Assembly: GCA_030390025.1 (NCBI GenBank)
Contig: CM059428.1
Location: forward strand, 33,356,001 to 33,420,000
From: Squalus acanthias
Lineage: Eukaryota
Length of the DNA stretch: 64,000 nt
Direction of reading: 5' to 3'
The position numbers and the translations under genes were made by a program. Numbering within the stretch: position 1 is the first letter of the stretch; each line of letters starts with the position of its first letter. Below, piece after piece: positions 51,058-64,000 of this stretch. The notes below the pieces were generated by a model that saw nothing but the letters and a program-made list of their open reading frames with translations, was not told the DNA's origin and searched no databases.

Positions 51058-54000
51058 TTAATGACCTTCGGGGCAGGTCAATCTCACTGCACCAACCTTT
51101 TCTCCATTTTGGCTTTTTGAATCCAGTATTGGACCCCTAAAAATTGAATACAGATCTCTGAATGGATGGCTTATAGTTCTAGAATTTTTATGATGATAAA
51201 GCAACCAATGATGTTTCAAAAATATGGTATATATTTGAACTTTATATTCAAGAAAATTTGCAATGGTTGCAGTTGTTATCCACATAAGAGACATAACAGA
51301 AATAGGGCCGTGGCACTTCAATGGGATGACTAGCAACTTGAGATATTTCACTAAAGTGCAAATGTAATGACAGAATTGTTTTTTTTTAAACAGTAGAATG
51401 GTGTACATACAACCTTTCATTTACTAGTTTGACATTTCATAGGGTTAATAATATAACATAGTATGTGCTGGGGGTAGGGTCTATATAATATGAATATGAG
51501 ATGCTGTATACCCTCAGCTATTGCATTACTATCACCTTTATTGCCCCTTTCCCTACATCAACTCCACTGTGTTAAACGTACAAATACGCTATTAAACGAT
51601 CATATGGGCCACCCCTGCTTATGTACTGAATCCCAAACTTGAGCCCTCCCCCCACCCCACCCTGGAACAATAATTGGCTCACATGTAGGCTGCACCCCCA
51701 ATGAAATACCTTTTTTCTTGCTTTAAGAAAATGCAGCCTATATGTGAGTCAACAGGATATTTATTAAAAAGAATAGCCAGAATCTGGCACTTGGACTGAC
51801 CATAACTCAGTCTCTGGGTTCTCTGCTGGTGTTATTAAACTCTAGTTTTCTTGTGGTTTATGACATTGCAACCGTTTCACTGAATTATGCCTTGGGTCCC
51901 TGTGTCAACTATTTATCATATATTTCCCGCTCCATATAGGGTCATATGGTAATTTTCACTCCTTTAAGAAATGCTTGCATTTTAAATTATTACTTCTACT
52001 TTTATTTGTCTAAAGCCCTTTTTAATTTATATATGCGTTAAGGTGTCTTGTCTATTACTAGTGAAATTTTGTTTAAAGCCCTTTATTTCTTTGAATGTAT
52101 ACGTATGCTAAGGGTGTCTTATTGATTTACTGCTGGTGAAATTTTAATAATGCTTATCCTGTATCTAACTCACAGTATCCCCATAAATAATCATGAGGGG
52201 CTGATCTTAACCCTCTTGGTTTCAGTGTAAGATCTGCCGTGTAAAATTGACTAACTTGCATCTACCACTCCATTCCTGGGTGTACTAATTGAATTGTTCT
52301 GTTAGAAAGGCAATGTGTAGTGATAATTATGTTTCCCTATTAGCATATCTGCCAATTTAGTTACCCCTCTGTGGTGCACTGGAAGATGATGAGCTGTTTG
52401 GCAGAACTGTCTCTGTTGGTTTCCATTTTAGAATCTAGAACCAGTACTGTTCTGAGGGTAGATTGACATGCAAGTTCCAAATTCCAGAATTATAAAGTGC
52501 TGAGTTAACCAGTGACGAGCCCTCTCTCTTGACCCATAGAAAGCGAGAGTGGTTGCCTTCTTGCATGAGGAACATCCTGTACAAATGGGGAATCCAGACA
52601 CTGTTTTAGTTTGGATCTGTTACTGCCACTGTAGAAAAGGATATATTTAGTCAGAAATAGGTAAAATTAAATAGGTACAATAATGTGATCAGATGCATTT
52701 TCATTGTTTGATAATGGTCTGGCATTTAATAATTGTTTAAATGTATTAAACACCCCTTAAATTATCAGTCATCAACTATCTGCTCTTGTTTGTATTTATA
52801 CAGTAGAGAGCAACGATGCAAATCTAATTTATGGGACGTGCTTGTGCATCTTATCGATTGATAATTGTAACAAGTTTACATGCTTCATTGTTGTCTGCAG
52901 TTGAAATACTGTAAATGTCTTCTGTTTATCAATGTCAAACTGGTCAGGATCATTTACTAGTCTCAACACATTCCTGTAAAAGAACAAGGTGCAGCCATTT
53001 GTTGGCAGATATTTATTAGCTGGGTTTAATGTTCTTTATCTCTACGCCAGTTAATACAATTTTTGCATACCGGTTAGTAAATTTTTATCATTGTGGGGAA
53101 GCTAACCTGTTCATATTGCATCATTTTTTATAATATGTGAATTTATATAGTGTCTTATCACATCTCCGTGTTTCACAAAATGAATTACTTTTGGAGTGCA
53201 ATGACTGTTATGTAGGCTCATTTTTTGTCGTCATCTTTGCCCTCCCAGCCCTGCCTTGCAATAACACAACCGAGTCCTGTCGTTTTCTGTGCATATTGGA
53301 TTGCTCTTCATACCTCCTGAAAATAAAGTTTGACTCTTGAGCAACGGTCTTTATTAATGATTTGAGTGCACTGCTAGTAAAATATTACTCTTCATATTTA
53401 TTTTAAAGGCAAGAGAAGCTCTGGGTATTGATTTTAAGTATAGTCATTTATAACCTGATTATACTGTTGAAGTGTGCGTGAATGTATGCACTTTGGTAAG
53501 CTGCCAGTTAAAGATTTTATTTATGTTGGCCCCGGTCATTTCTTTCTTTTTCACCAGTGTTATCACAAGTGAAAGTAGGACTGCAATCATTGCTTCCCCA
53601 CAGTCAGGTTTGTGCTGTATTTTAAGTGGAAACCTGGGAATTTGTACAGCAAGCTTAGTTATGGTTGTGACTACAATTTTAACTGCTAAATGTGTTGCAA
53701 GCAAGGCCAGAAAAGAGAATTATAGCAATCTGCAGCAAAGATGCTGGTGGGGTGAGCGAAGTGATGCAGAGAGGAAAACAAATCAAAACAAGACAGTAAC
53801 TTGTCATACTATTGTATATCAACAACAACTTGCATTTATATAGCCCCTTTAACATAGTAAAATGTCCATGCCTTTAAGGAGCATCTTAAAGGAGGAGCGA
53901 GAGGCAGAGGGAGGGAATCCCAGAGCTTGGGGCCTAGACATCTGAAGGCACAGCCAATGATAGTGTGAAGGAAATCAGTGTTTCAGAGCTTTGTTGCAAT

Positions 54001-55726
54001 ATTTAAAAAAAAAATTCCCCACTTTAATAGAACGCGAGTATCAAAAATGTTGAATCTTTTTTAGTTTTCAGATTTAGATTATGTTGAATCCGACTGATCC
54101 ACTTTTTTTCACAGGAGTATTGGTGATCCAAGTAAATACACAGGAGAATAAAACTGCATTGATGTGTGTTGATTGCAGATTGTGGAGTATTGAAGTTTGC
54201 ACATGTTTTGTAACAGTGGGAACTTGTAACAGTGGACTCCATGCCGAGTGTTGCCAGCTTACTCTTTGTGTGCGAGCTTTGGATCCTGAGCAAATGCATT
54301 GAGAGTATTGAGTTACATTTCTGCTATGTTTGCATACAAGAATAGATTGCATAATATAAGAACATAATAAAAGTCAGGGATGAGAAAAAGCGTTTGGACC
54401 ATCAAAGCAAATCTCTTTAGCACAATGGCATTTCATTGTATTTAATATAATCGCAATTTTTTTAGTCTCTATTTCCTTGCTGTTTAAATTATTCCAAACA
54501 TTTATGACTCTCAGTAAGGAAGTTTTTTCCTGATATCTGTTCAAAATTTACATTGCAAATTTTCATTTTTGGTTCTAATTTGTTTCCCCATTGTCGCCAA
54601 TTTTCATAACCCCCCCCCCTCCAAAGACATTGGCTCTTGTTGAGTTACTGCTTAACAAGCATTGATTACGCTCCAGAGGCCATTAATCCCGTGTGAGCCT
54701 TGTCTGTGGAAGACTTCACATACAAGCAAATGCTGTCCACTCACACACACACTCTAACCTGGGACGCTGAGGTCAGTTGTTAGCACCAAGCTTGATTCTG
54801 TCTTTACCTGACCTCCACGTGCATGTACTTTCCAGCCGTATCACTGTTTATTAGTCAAGAGCAGGAACCTTGGCCAAAATTGCACAAAAATATTGGAGGC
54901 CTCGTATTGTGCCCCACTGCTGCCCAGCTGAGATTTCTTTTTCTTTTTCCTCTAATCTCTCTTTTTCCCTTCACTCCCACTCCAAGTTGATGATTCTTGT
55001 TGGGACATGGTTCCATGAGCACTTACAGCCCTCTTATCTCCGTTCTCACCCAGTGTCCATTCACACATACCTGCCATTAGAGGTCACTGGATAACTATCT
55101 GCAATGGGAACAGTGGCTAATTTTGTTCCCCCTTGCTAGCCCATGGATGTTTAGGCCATTTGCAGATTCCCAATTGTTACCTTGGCTGAGATCAACTAAC
55201 TCACTACAGACCAAGAATCAAACTTTGGAGCTTTTGGTCTGTATTGCTTAGTAGTACACTATCCAGAGCCATAACCAACTGGGGAAACTTGGAGCAAAGG
55301 TTTTAAAACTTGGGGCTTTTGTGGAAATAGTAACACGCTCCCACTCTAGGGATCCTCTGTGCTAACATCCAAAAGACACTGTCAGCTACTCAAAGGAACT
55401 GGTGCTAGGAATGTAGCATATGTTTATTAGTATAGAAATGATGTGCTAGTAAGTCAACAAATACAGAATATGAGCATGTGCCATTTTCAAGCTGAGATAG
55501 ACTGGAATCTGAGCTGCTCACAAACCCCCAGATGGTCTGTCTTTAAAAAATGGTTTTAACAGAGTCTCACCAACAAAATCCCCTTTTTAATAACCCAACC
55601 ATTATAATAAATTACCAACTGGATTTTATTTTCCATTCTGTATCTTAAAAATGAATACTCCTGATTTATCTCATCGGGGAAGCTGCCTTGGAGGACTTGC
55701 TGAGCTGACAGCATGAATAAAACTAA

Positions 55727-57749
55727 GGAGTTCAAAGGTAAGATTCCCTTGAGGAATAAAAACTCCACGGGAAAAGTGGTCCAACCGTGGCTAACTAGAA
55801 ATGTTATGGATAGTATTAAATTAAAAGAAGGCACTTACAATGCAAGCCTGAGGATTGGGAAGGTTTTAGAAATCAGCAAAGGGTGACCAAGAAATTGATA
55901 GAGGAAGAAACTAGAATGAGAGTAAACTAGCAAGAAATATAAAAACAGATTGTGAGAGCTTCTACAAGTGTGTAAAATGGAAGAGTTTAGAAAAGAAAAT
56001 GTGTCCCGCAGAGGCAGGAGAAATTATAGGGAATAAGGAAATAGCAGAGACATTGAACAAATATTTTGTATCTGTCTTCACAGTAGAAGACACAAAAAAC
56101 TTACTGGAAATAGTGGGGAACCAAGGGTCCAATGAAAGTGAGGAACTTAAAGTAATATTAGTAAGGAAAAAGTAGTGGAGAAATTAATGGGACTAAAATC
56201 TGACATCTCCTGGACCTGACCTGATGGCCTACATCCTAGGGTTTTAGAAGAGGTAGATGCATTGGTTTTCATCATCCAGAAATCCCTAGATTCTGGGACG
56301 GTCTCTGTGGATTGGAAGGTAGCGAATGTAACCCCACTATTCAAGAAAGGAGGGAGAGAGAAAACGGGGAACTATGGGCCAGTTAGCCTGCCATCACTAG
56401 TAAGGAAAATGCTAGAATCTATCATTAGGGATAAGGTAAGAGGGCACTTAGAAAATCATAATATAATTAGGCACAGTCAACATGGTTTTATGAAAGGAAA
56501 ATTGGGTTTGATAAATTTATTTGAGTTTTTTGAGGGCGTAACAAGCAGGGTAGATAAAGGGGAACCAGTAGATGTAATATATTTGGATTTCCAAAAGGCA
56601 TTCGATAAGGTGCCACAGGAGGTGGTTACACAAGATTAGGGTTCATGGGATTGGGGGTAGTATATTAGCATGGATTGAGGATTGGTTAACGGACAAAAAG
56701 CAGAGAATAGGAATAAATGGATTATTTTCGAGTTGGCAGGTCACTAGTGGGGTGCTGCACAGATCAGTGCTTGGGTATCAACTATTTACAATCTATATCA
56801 ATGACTAGATGAGGGGAGCGCGTTTAATGTATCCAAGTTTGCTGACGATACAAAGCTAGGTGGGAAAGTAAGCTGTGAGGAGGATGCAAAGAGGCTGCAA
56901 AGCGATAGAGACAGCTTAATTGGGCAAGGAGGTAGCAGATAGAGTATAAAATGGGGAAATGTGAAATTATCCACTTTAGTAGGAAGAATAGAAAAGCAGA
57001 ATATTTTTAAAAGGTGAAAGAGTAGTAAATGTTGATATCCAGAGGGATTTGGGGGTCCTTGTGTACGAATCACAGAAAGTTAGCATGCAGGTACAACAAG
57101 CAATGAGGAAGGCAAATGACATGTTGGCCTTTATTGCAAGGGGATTAGAGTATAAAAGTAAGGAAGTTTTGCTGCAATTATATAGGGCTTTGGTAAGACC
57201 ACACCTGGAGTACTGTGTGCAGTTTTGGTCTCCTTACCTAATGAAGGATATACTTGCCTTGGAGGGGGTGCAACGAAGGTTCACTAGATTGATTCCTGGG
57301 GTGAGGGGGCTGTCCTACGAGGAGCGATTGAGTTGAATGGGCCTATATTCTCTGGAGTTTAGAAGAATGAGAGGTGATCTCACTGAAATGTATAAAATTC
57401 TTAGAGGGCTTGACCAGGTAGATGCTGAGAGGCTGTTTCCCCTGGCTGGAGAATCTAGAAATAGGGGGCATAGTCTCGGAATGAGGCATCGGCCATTTAG
57501 GACTGAGATGAGGAGAAATTTCTTCACTTAGGGTTGTGAATCTTTGGAATTCTCTACGCAGAGGGCTGTGGCTGCTCAGTTGATAAGTATATTCAGGACT
57601 GAGATGGATAGATTTTTGGACACTAAGGGTATGGCAATAGGGCGGGAAAGTGGAGTTGAAGTAGAAGATCAGCCATGATCTTATTGAATGGTGGAGTCGG
57701 CTCGATGTGCCGTATGGCCTACACCTGCTCCTATTTCTTATGTTCTTAT
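55727..57749 (+). mobile_element. 5'-truncated CR1 LINE in STT3B intron 1
   Basis: DWKVANVTPLFKKG, YLDFQKAFDKVP, KFADD and LVRPHLEYCVQFWSP motifs; tail TTCTTATGTTCTTAT; many disruptions. Confidence 0.95.
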
Positions 57750-60700
57750 AACCGATAACCCACCCCAGCTCTCTATCTTTTCTCCCCACCGGAACAAACT
57801 ACAAGACATGGTGAGTATGGGGTAGCTACAATCCTTCGAAAGGGAACATGACAATTTCATGAGAGAAGACGACACTTCTAGGTATAAGGAGTAAGTAACT
57901 AGTTTAAATTATGAGTCTTGGCATTCTGTAATCTTCTCGAACTTGTTTGATTGCCTTCAGGAGTTAGATAAATTTCCTCGAATTTTTCCTGAATTTGCTA
58001 GGGTTAAATTTTGCCTCTCCCCAGGAGACACCATTGCTAGGGAGGGGTTGATAGAGTGTGAGGTTGAACTGACAACTAGATGGGGTGGTCTTGATGGGCC
58101 AGAAGATTTGTTCATACCCTCCTTTACTTGTGCATCTTTATTCAGTTACTTTATGTTGGGGTCAAGAACCGTTCTAAGTCAGTTAAACCCAAAAACATCA
58201 TCAGCACAAACCTATCTATAATGCATTAAGAAAGCTTGCGTCTGCATGCCCTTCCTGTCTACAAAACCTTTTTTCGTCTCACTTTTGTGTCAACTTTTAC
58301 ATATAAATTCCTATGTCCACGTTTAGAATGAAACTACTTATGTAAACTTGTCACATTGTATTAAATCCCCCTCCTACCTACCTACCAGTGGTGGCAACAT
58401 AGTACCTCAGTTCTGCTCCTCAGCCTATACTTAAGAGAAACTCACAAAAGGGTTGCTGAATTACATTTGCTCACCCTGGTCCAATTATACAATGCCACCG
58501 GAGATCAATTGTATTTTTTAAAAAAGACAGAATTAATTGATATATTCTAATTTTGTTTCAATGTATATGGTTGCTAATTTCTTGGGAAATTATGTTCGAA
58601 GAATAGAACAAGCATGTAAATAGAATTAACATTTTCTATCAGTGTCAGGAATTTCTCCTTTTCAGTGGGTATTCATAATTGATTTAGGATGACTATGCTA
58701 AGCACACTTAATATGCAAATTTAACTGAATCCTGTGAATGCAAGGCAAAGTGATTCAATTCAAATGGACTTTGATATTGTACAGATGCAATAATAGAAAT
58801 TGCTGGTGGGGAAAGAGTGAGATTGGGATGTACAGATTCTGCCATGATTTACTATGTTAATGATTGCTTTGGCAACCTCAATATCAAACTTTAAATTGGA
58901 GAAAAAACAATGTAGACTTGCATCTTGCAGGATAAATATTTAAACATTTGATTCATACATATCTGGTTCGTGTGCTAATTGTGTGGCTTGAGAGGTCCAT
59001 TAACATACTTTCAAGAAGGATTTTTTTTGTTTTGTTCAGTACATCACCACAAAATTAATTGTTCAACAGTTTTATTGGTGTTCCTCAGCTAATCCATTAA
59101 GCTGCAGCAATGCTGCAACTTTTCATTAAATTTTTTAAAAATCTGTCACGGAAATTCAATACCAAGCTTCCTGGGTGATTCCTATTTGATTTCTGAGAGG
59201 GACTTCTGCTGCTCTTCATTCTGTGTCTAATTTTGTATTATATTTCCACTTGAGACCCATAATGTTAGTAACACTATAACCGTTTGCTGTGGTAACAGAG
59301 GGTACAAATAGATATATTATGCCAGTTTCACAACAATCAATGGTTCCATTTATGTGTATTTCACGTCATTCCTTTTTATCAGGAAGTTCTCTGCAGTTGT
59401 TGCTTCAGTTGATCGTCAAACAGCATGGACAAGATGTTCTATCACAGGACTGAATTGTCCTTTGATTTTTCTCCTCTTGATGCAAAGTGCTCACTGCTCC
59501 ATAGTACTTCATCTAATGGTCAGGCAGAGAACTAGTGAAACTCGCCTGGGAAGGACAGGGAGTTTGAATGGCAGCCCAGTCTTGAGTTCAATTTAAAATT
59601 CTCTGGGCTAGGAATCTATTTGTATCATGAGGGACATGGAGTAATTTTTATGACCTGTTCTCCTTTACAATAGGTAATGTAACTTTTGGGAAAAATGGAA
59701 AGAGTTGTTAGCAGTTTAAAAATAAATTATTCACCCCTCCATTCCAATTAGCATTAGAGTTTTAAACTGCTGTACAGCTAGTTATGCCAATCTGAAGCAA
59801 CACCATAGTGGTTATTTTTAAGTGCTTGATGCTCCATTAGACCAAGAAATCATAATGGTAGTTTTCATTATTTTGTCACAATTGCTTTTAATTCAGTTGA
59901 CAACATGTATCTTAAATGGAAACAGCACATTTGTGGTGTTGCACTTGTGCTATGGCATTTGGAAAGGATCCAGCAGAAACCTGTCTACACTGGGTAATGG
60001 CTACATTTAGGTTTGGGCAGTTTTCTTCATCCTCACTAAAATTGGTTTAGTACATTAAGAGCAATAATTTATATCACACACACAATTTAGAACAGTACAT
60101 CTTTGAACTCGGGGTTGTAATAGAAACAAAGCACTTCAAATCATAAGGCCATTGTATGGAGCATGAGTTGAGCAATGTGGTTCATATACTCGGGACGAGT
60201 GATGAATTAGTTAAGTAGAAGTTTTGCAGGGGTAGATTTGGAAAAGCACAACTTGTTCTGAGAACATTGCACTTTTAATTTTGGGAGAATAAAGCCAACT
60301 CTTTGAAATCTGTACTTAATGCAGCAATTTTTCAGTTTTGTTTTGAAGTAATTTTCCTTTAAAAATGCTTTTATAGAGCCTGCCAACATAGCTGGTAGTA
60401 TTTATCAAGGCAGGCAAGGACTTTTTTTTATATACACACCCACACACTTGCCCATGTAAGGCTTTAAACACTAAGACCGTGCTACTCACTGCTGTTCAGG
60501 ATCCACTTCAACAGGCTCACCTGTGACCCTCAGCAGAGCTACTGCTTTGTATGTCTTTTTTGCTTCAATTCAGTGCTGGAGGCACAGGTGGGAAGATCAA
60601 GAACTATACTTGAAAGAAGAATAATGTAAAAGCTTTGGGGGGGAAAAAGTGACCCCCCTGAGCAAGTGACTGCTCAGGGTTGTGACACCTGATAAATTTG

Positions 60701-61159
60701 AGTATCTTCGTAATAACTGTTTGAATTGACTTTTATTTTCCCTACAAGTTGAACCTAGTATAAATTACTCCTCCAAGCTTAGTAGGACACAGTCTTGCTA
60801 GGTTTTACAATACTTATCTTATACTATGCCTAGTGCACATTTGTCAGTCACATCACAGTCCTGTCCATTGCATTTAATCATATTGAAAATCCTAGGAAAA
60901 TTTTCTGTCGCACTTGAAACCCATTGGGTCGTATCCAATTTTTTCTCCAACCGATTGGCCCATATGTACATTTCCTACTTATCACGACGCAGCAAGGCAT
61001 CACGGCACTAGCAGAAATTATGCATTATTTTATAATTACATAGCTTTGATGCTTTATAATTATAGATCATATGTAGCTTTATCATATTCTCCCTCCCTCC
61101 TAATTTTTGGGTTCTCGAGGTAATTCATACCCTGGATACTTTTGTGTTTATCTGGTTTA

Positions 61160-61570
61160 ACCCAGGCCTCAGGAAATCCGTCAGCTGAAGGGAGGCAATG
61201 ACTGCTCCGTGGAAAATGTAAGTGTCTTTACAGAACTTCTTGTGGGCCAAGCGGAGCAGAAGTGCTTCCTCCCAGCCCAACAAGCTTGCCTTCTTCCCTG
61301 CCTGCCATCAGACACCCCTCCTCCCCCCCACCCCATCCAAAGACTCTGGCATTAGATCCCCCCTCCCCCATGCTAACAGTAGCTTAGCTGAAGGCTCCCT
61401 ACCTGCTCCTGGGGCTGCAGCCTCCTCCAGACCATTCCCCGCCCGACAGGGAGCCAAGCCTGTCAATCAGGCTGGTTTCCGGGTGGGGAACCTGCTAGAA
61501 AAAAAAGACGCATGCTGTGGAGTCAAAATTTAAACTCCTCCCCGCCCCTACCCCATTAAATATTGGGCCC
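61160..61570. mobile_element. Probable Harbinger-type MITE fragment
   Basis: GC-rich island ending AAATATTGGGCCC followed by ATT, like the other MITE termini; the other end was not found. Confidence 0.45.
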
Positions 61571-63627
61571 ATTGTTTCCACTGCCCTGATACCGAAGGTA
61601 ACACATCATCGGGCACCCAGGGTAACTAACAGAGGACACTTTTTTTAGATTACTTCAAGTATCTAGTGACTCCATGGGATCATCCTCTGTCTTCAGAAGC
61701 TACAGGTCAGCGCAACACTGGACCATGTTTTAGGTTTTATATGCCAAACAAATTTATTAATAAAACACGCGAATAGTAGCAGTAACACTATGTATTTACA
61801 GTTGTAATGAAACTTTTCTAGCTTCTCATTAAGTAGAAAACAATAAATATTTTGCAATTTATGTCCTAAATCTCTCATACCTTTTTTACATAATGGTTCT
61901 TTTAGTCCTTTCCTTGCCAACTTGGTTGGCAAAGGCAGAGGTTGGCTGGCTAATCTAATTTTCTTCAACTCCGAGCAAACCATTTGCAAACCCCACAATC
62001 CTGCATACTAACATTCTGTTAAACTCTGAAACCTCGCCCCCCCGACCACCACCACCCCCGTCCATGCTTCTAAACTCTGACCCCTCCCAATAATGCCACA
62101 ACCCATCATTTCCCCCTCTCTCCAATACTGTGACTCCTGATCCCCTCACCCCAACTCTTCCCATAATCCACTACCCTCCAATACTGCTGAGATGGGTTGT
62201 GAATGCAATTCATGACTATATAAGCATACCTGACATGGCAAAAATATTCCTAGTTATTTTTTTAATGATTACGATGTACTTTGCAAATATGTTTACTGTG
62301 ATGTCTCCCTTCCACCCACTTGTTACTTGTTCCAGCATGTAGTGCCTGTCCCAGAAGGGCAGATGTGTAATTATTTTGATTCCTGTGACCGATCAGAGGT
62401 TGGATAGCTGCTGCTTTTTACCAGTTAATTCTGTGTTCTTGGAGACGTAGGTACCCACTTACTTGAAGCAATAAATTCTGGATGAGAACTTGCTATAGTC
62501 TATTTTTAAGAGGTGCCAGTAAATTTTTCTGCTGCTCTCCATGGTAGTGCCTTTTTTAACTGACATGTTCCCATGTGATTTGTACTTTCAGACTGCGAAA
62601 GCATTTAGGCTCTAATTGAATGCTAGTAATATTTTTGGACTATGACATTTTTGTATCGTAAGCATATTTAGGTTGATAATACATGCAAGAGTTGTGGGTC
62701 ATGCTGTACATTTTAAAGCAAAAGATACACTATTCCATTGTCTCATTCTATCCAGTATACCTGTTAAAACAGTAACTGCAGAGATTTGAATACAGTTTTA
62801 TAAAAAATAGTAAATTGTTTATTACTTACAAGGAATAACGAAGTTTGTAAGAGAAACTGAAATGGTTATGACATGTGATACTTATTGACTGAGCTGGTCT
62901 AGAAATTATTTTTCATGTTTATGTACTGGAAATCAGCTGAATTCTTGTGGAGTGACTGAGTTTGAAGAATCTTGTGGACAGGGAGGTGGTTGAAACAGGG
63001 AAAGCAGGTGATCACAGGGCAAATGAGTGGACAGTTGGTTCGGGAGGCATGGGGCAAGCTGTGGTAGGAAGTGGAAAAATTAAAGGATGCAGAGAAAGGC
63101 ATTACAGAGGCTGGTTTAGGATCACCTGTTCATTTCTAATTTCCATTACTCTAACATCAGGTGACATTCTGAAGATATGGTCAAAAGTACAAATAGTAAC
63201 TCTTTCTACTGTAGTGTCATGTCATCGATTAAAACAATGCTTATTAACGCAACGTTTATATCCCACCGTGTGCGCTTTTTGCATGACAAAACTAGCATCC
63301 CTGCTGGTAAACTTCAGAAAATGGAGCTGTAATGAATTAATTTTAAGTTGGTAGGTGCAATTAAGGGCTGACTCGTACTATACTTGATAGCGAGCCAAAG
63401 TGACCTACACTTGTACTGAAGTATTTGGGATTTGTATACCGTGAGGTGCAGTTTAAAGAGCAAATGTTGCCATCAATAAGCCCCTTTTTCCATAAAAGAA
63501 TGAAATGGTTACAAATTTAGGTTTCAGCAAAAGCTTGTCTAACATGGCTGATTGTTGGCTTATACAGATCTGAACCATGCTGACATGTGAGGAAGCAGAT
63601 ATGCTCCAAGGGCATCTACTTGGCTGA

Positions 63628-64000
63628 AGAGGGGGCATGAAAAAATACTGGCGGGCAAAATAAAGGAAAATCCCAAGGTGTTTTATAAGTATATTAAGGG
63701 CAAGAGGATAACCAGGGAAAGAGTAGGGCCCATTAGGGACCAAAGTGGCAATCTGTGTGTAGAGCCGGAAGATGTAGGTGAGGTTTTAAATGAATATTTT
63801 GCATCTGTGTTCACTATGGAGAAGGACGATGTAGGCATAGAAATCAGGCAGGGGGATTGTGATATACTTGAACAAATTAGTATTGAGAGGGAGGAGGTAC
63901 TAGCGGTTTTAGCGGGCTTAAAAGTGGATAAATCCCCAGGCCCTAACGGGATGTATCCCAGGCTGCTGTGTGAGGCAAGGGAGGAGATTGCAGGGGCTCT
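63628..64000 (+). mobile_element. CR1 LINE ORF2 fragment running off the window
   Basis: IKENPKVFYKYIKGKR...VLNEYFASVFT...LKVDKSPGPNGMYPRLL. Confidence 0.9.

Larger units (their letters stand above)
40846..64000 (+). other. STT3B: STT3B intron 1 (continues beyond the window)
   Basis: Canonical donor. I found no sequence encoding the expected continuation (FNYRST...WFDERAWYPLGR), searching by eye only. Confidence 0.75.

Noticed and set aside
60826-61123. STT3B exon 2 candidate (contains YNYRS)
   Set aside because: No continuation into HHL..HGFY.FLNWFD and no suitable acceptor; chance similarity.

Overview
Vertebrate genomic DNA, most likely a cartilaginous fish (inferred from SacSINE1/DeuSINE-like SINEs and the CR1/Penelope/Harbinger repeat mix). 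The only host gene I can support is STT3B (oligosaccharyltransferase catalytic subunit). Its CpG-island promoter lies at ~40.0-40.7 kb and carries six CCAAT boxes and a perfect ERSE. Coding exon 1 is 40679-40845 (+), and intron 1 runs off the window and opens with a ~7.8 kb G-rich compound minisatellite. The upstream 40 kb is a mosaic of nested, decayed transposons: PIF/Harbinger elements (transposase plus spliced Myb/SANT partner gene, and several MITE families with 3-bp TSDs), hAT elements with 8-bp TSDs, CR1, RTE, L2 and Tx1-like LINE fragments, Penelope-like elements, SINEs and a solo LTR. The most notable observations are: three 86-135 bp insertions with TSDs whose 5' ends all sit at a hammerhead-ribozyme core; the ERSE; a shortened STT3B N-terminus; and a 1026-bp solo LTR with a long predicted R region. 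Coordinates were read by eye, and family names come from recognition, not database searches.
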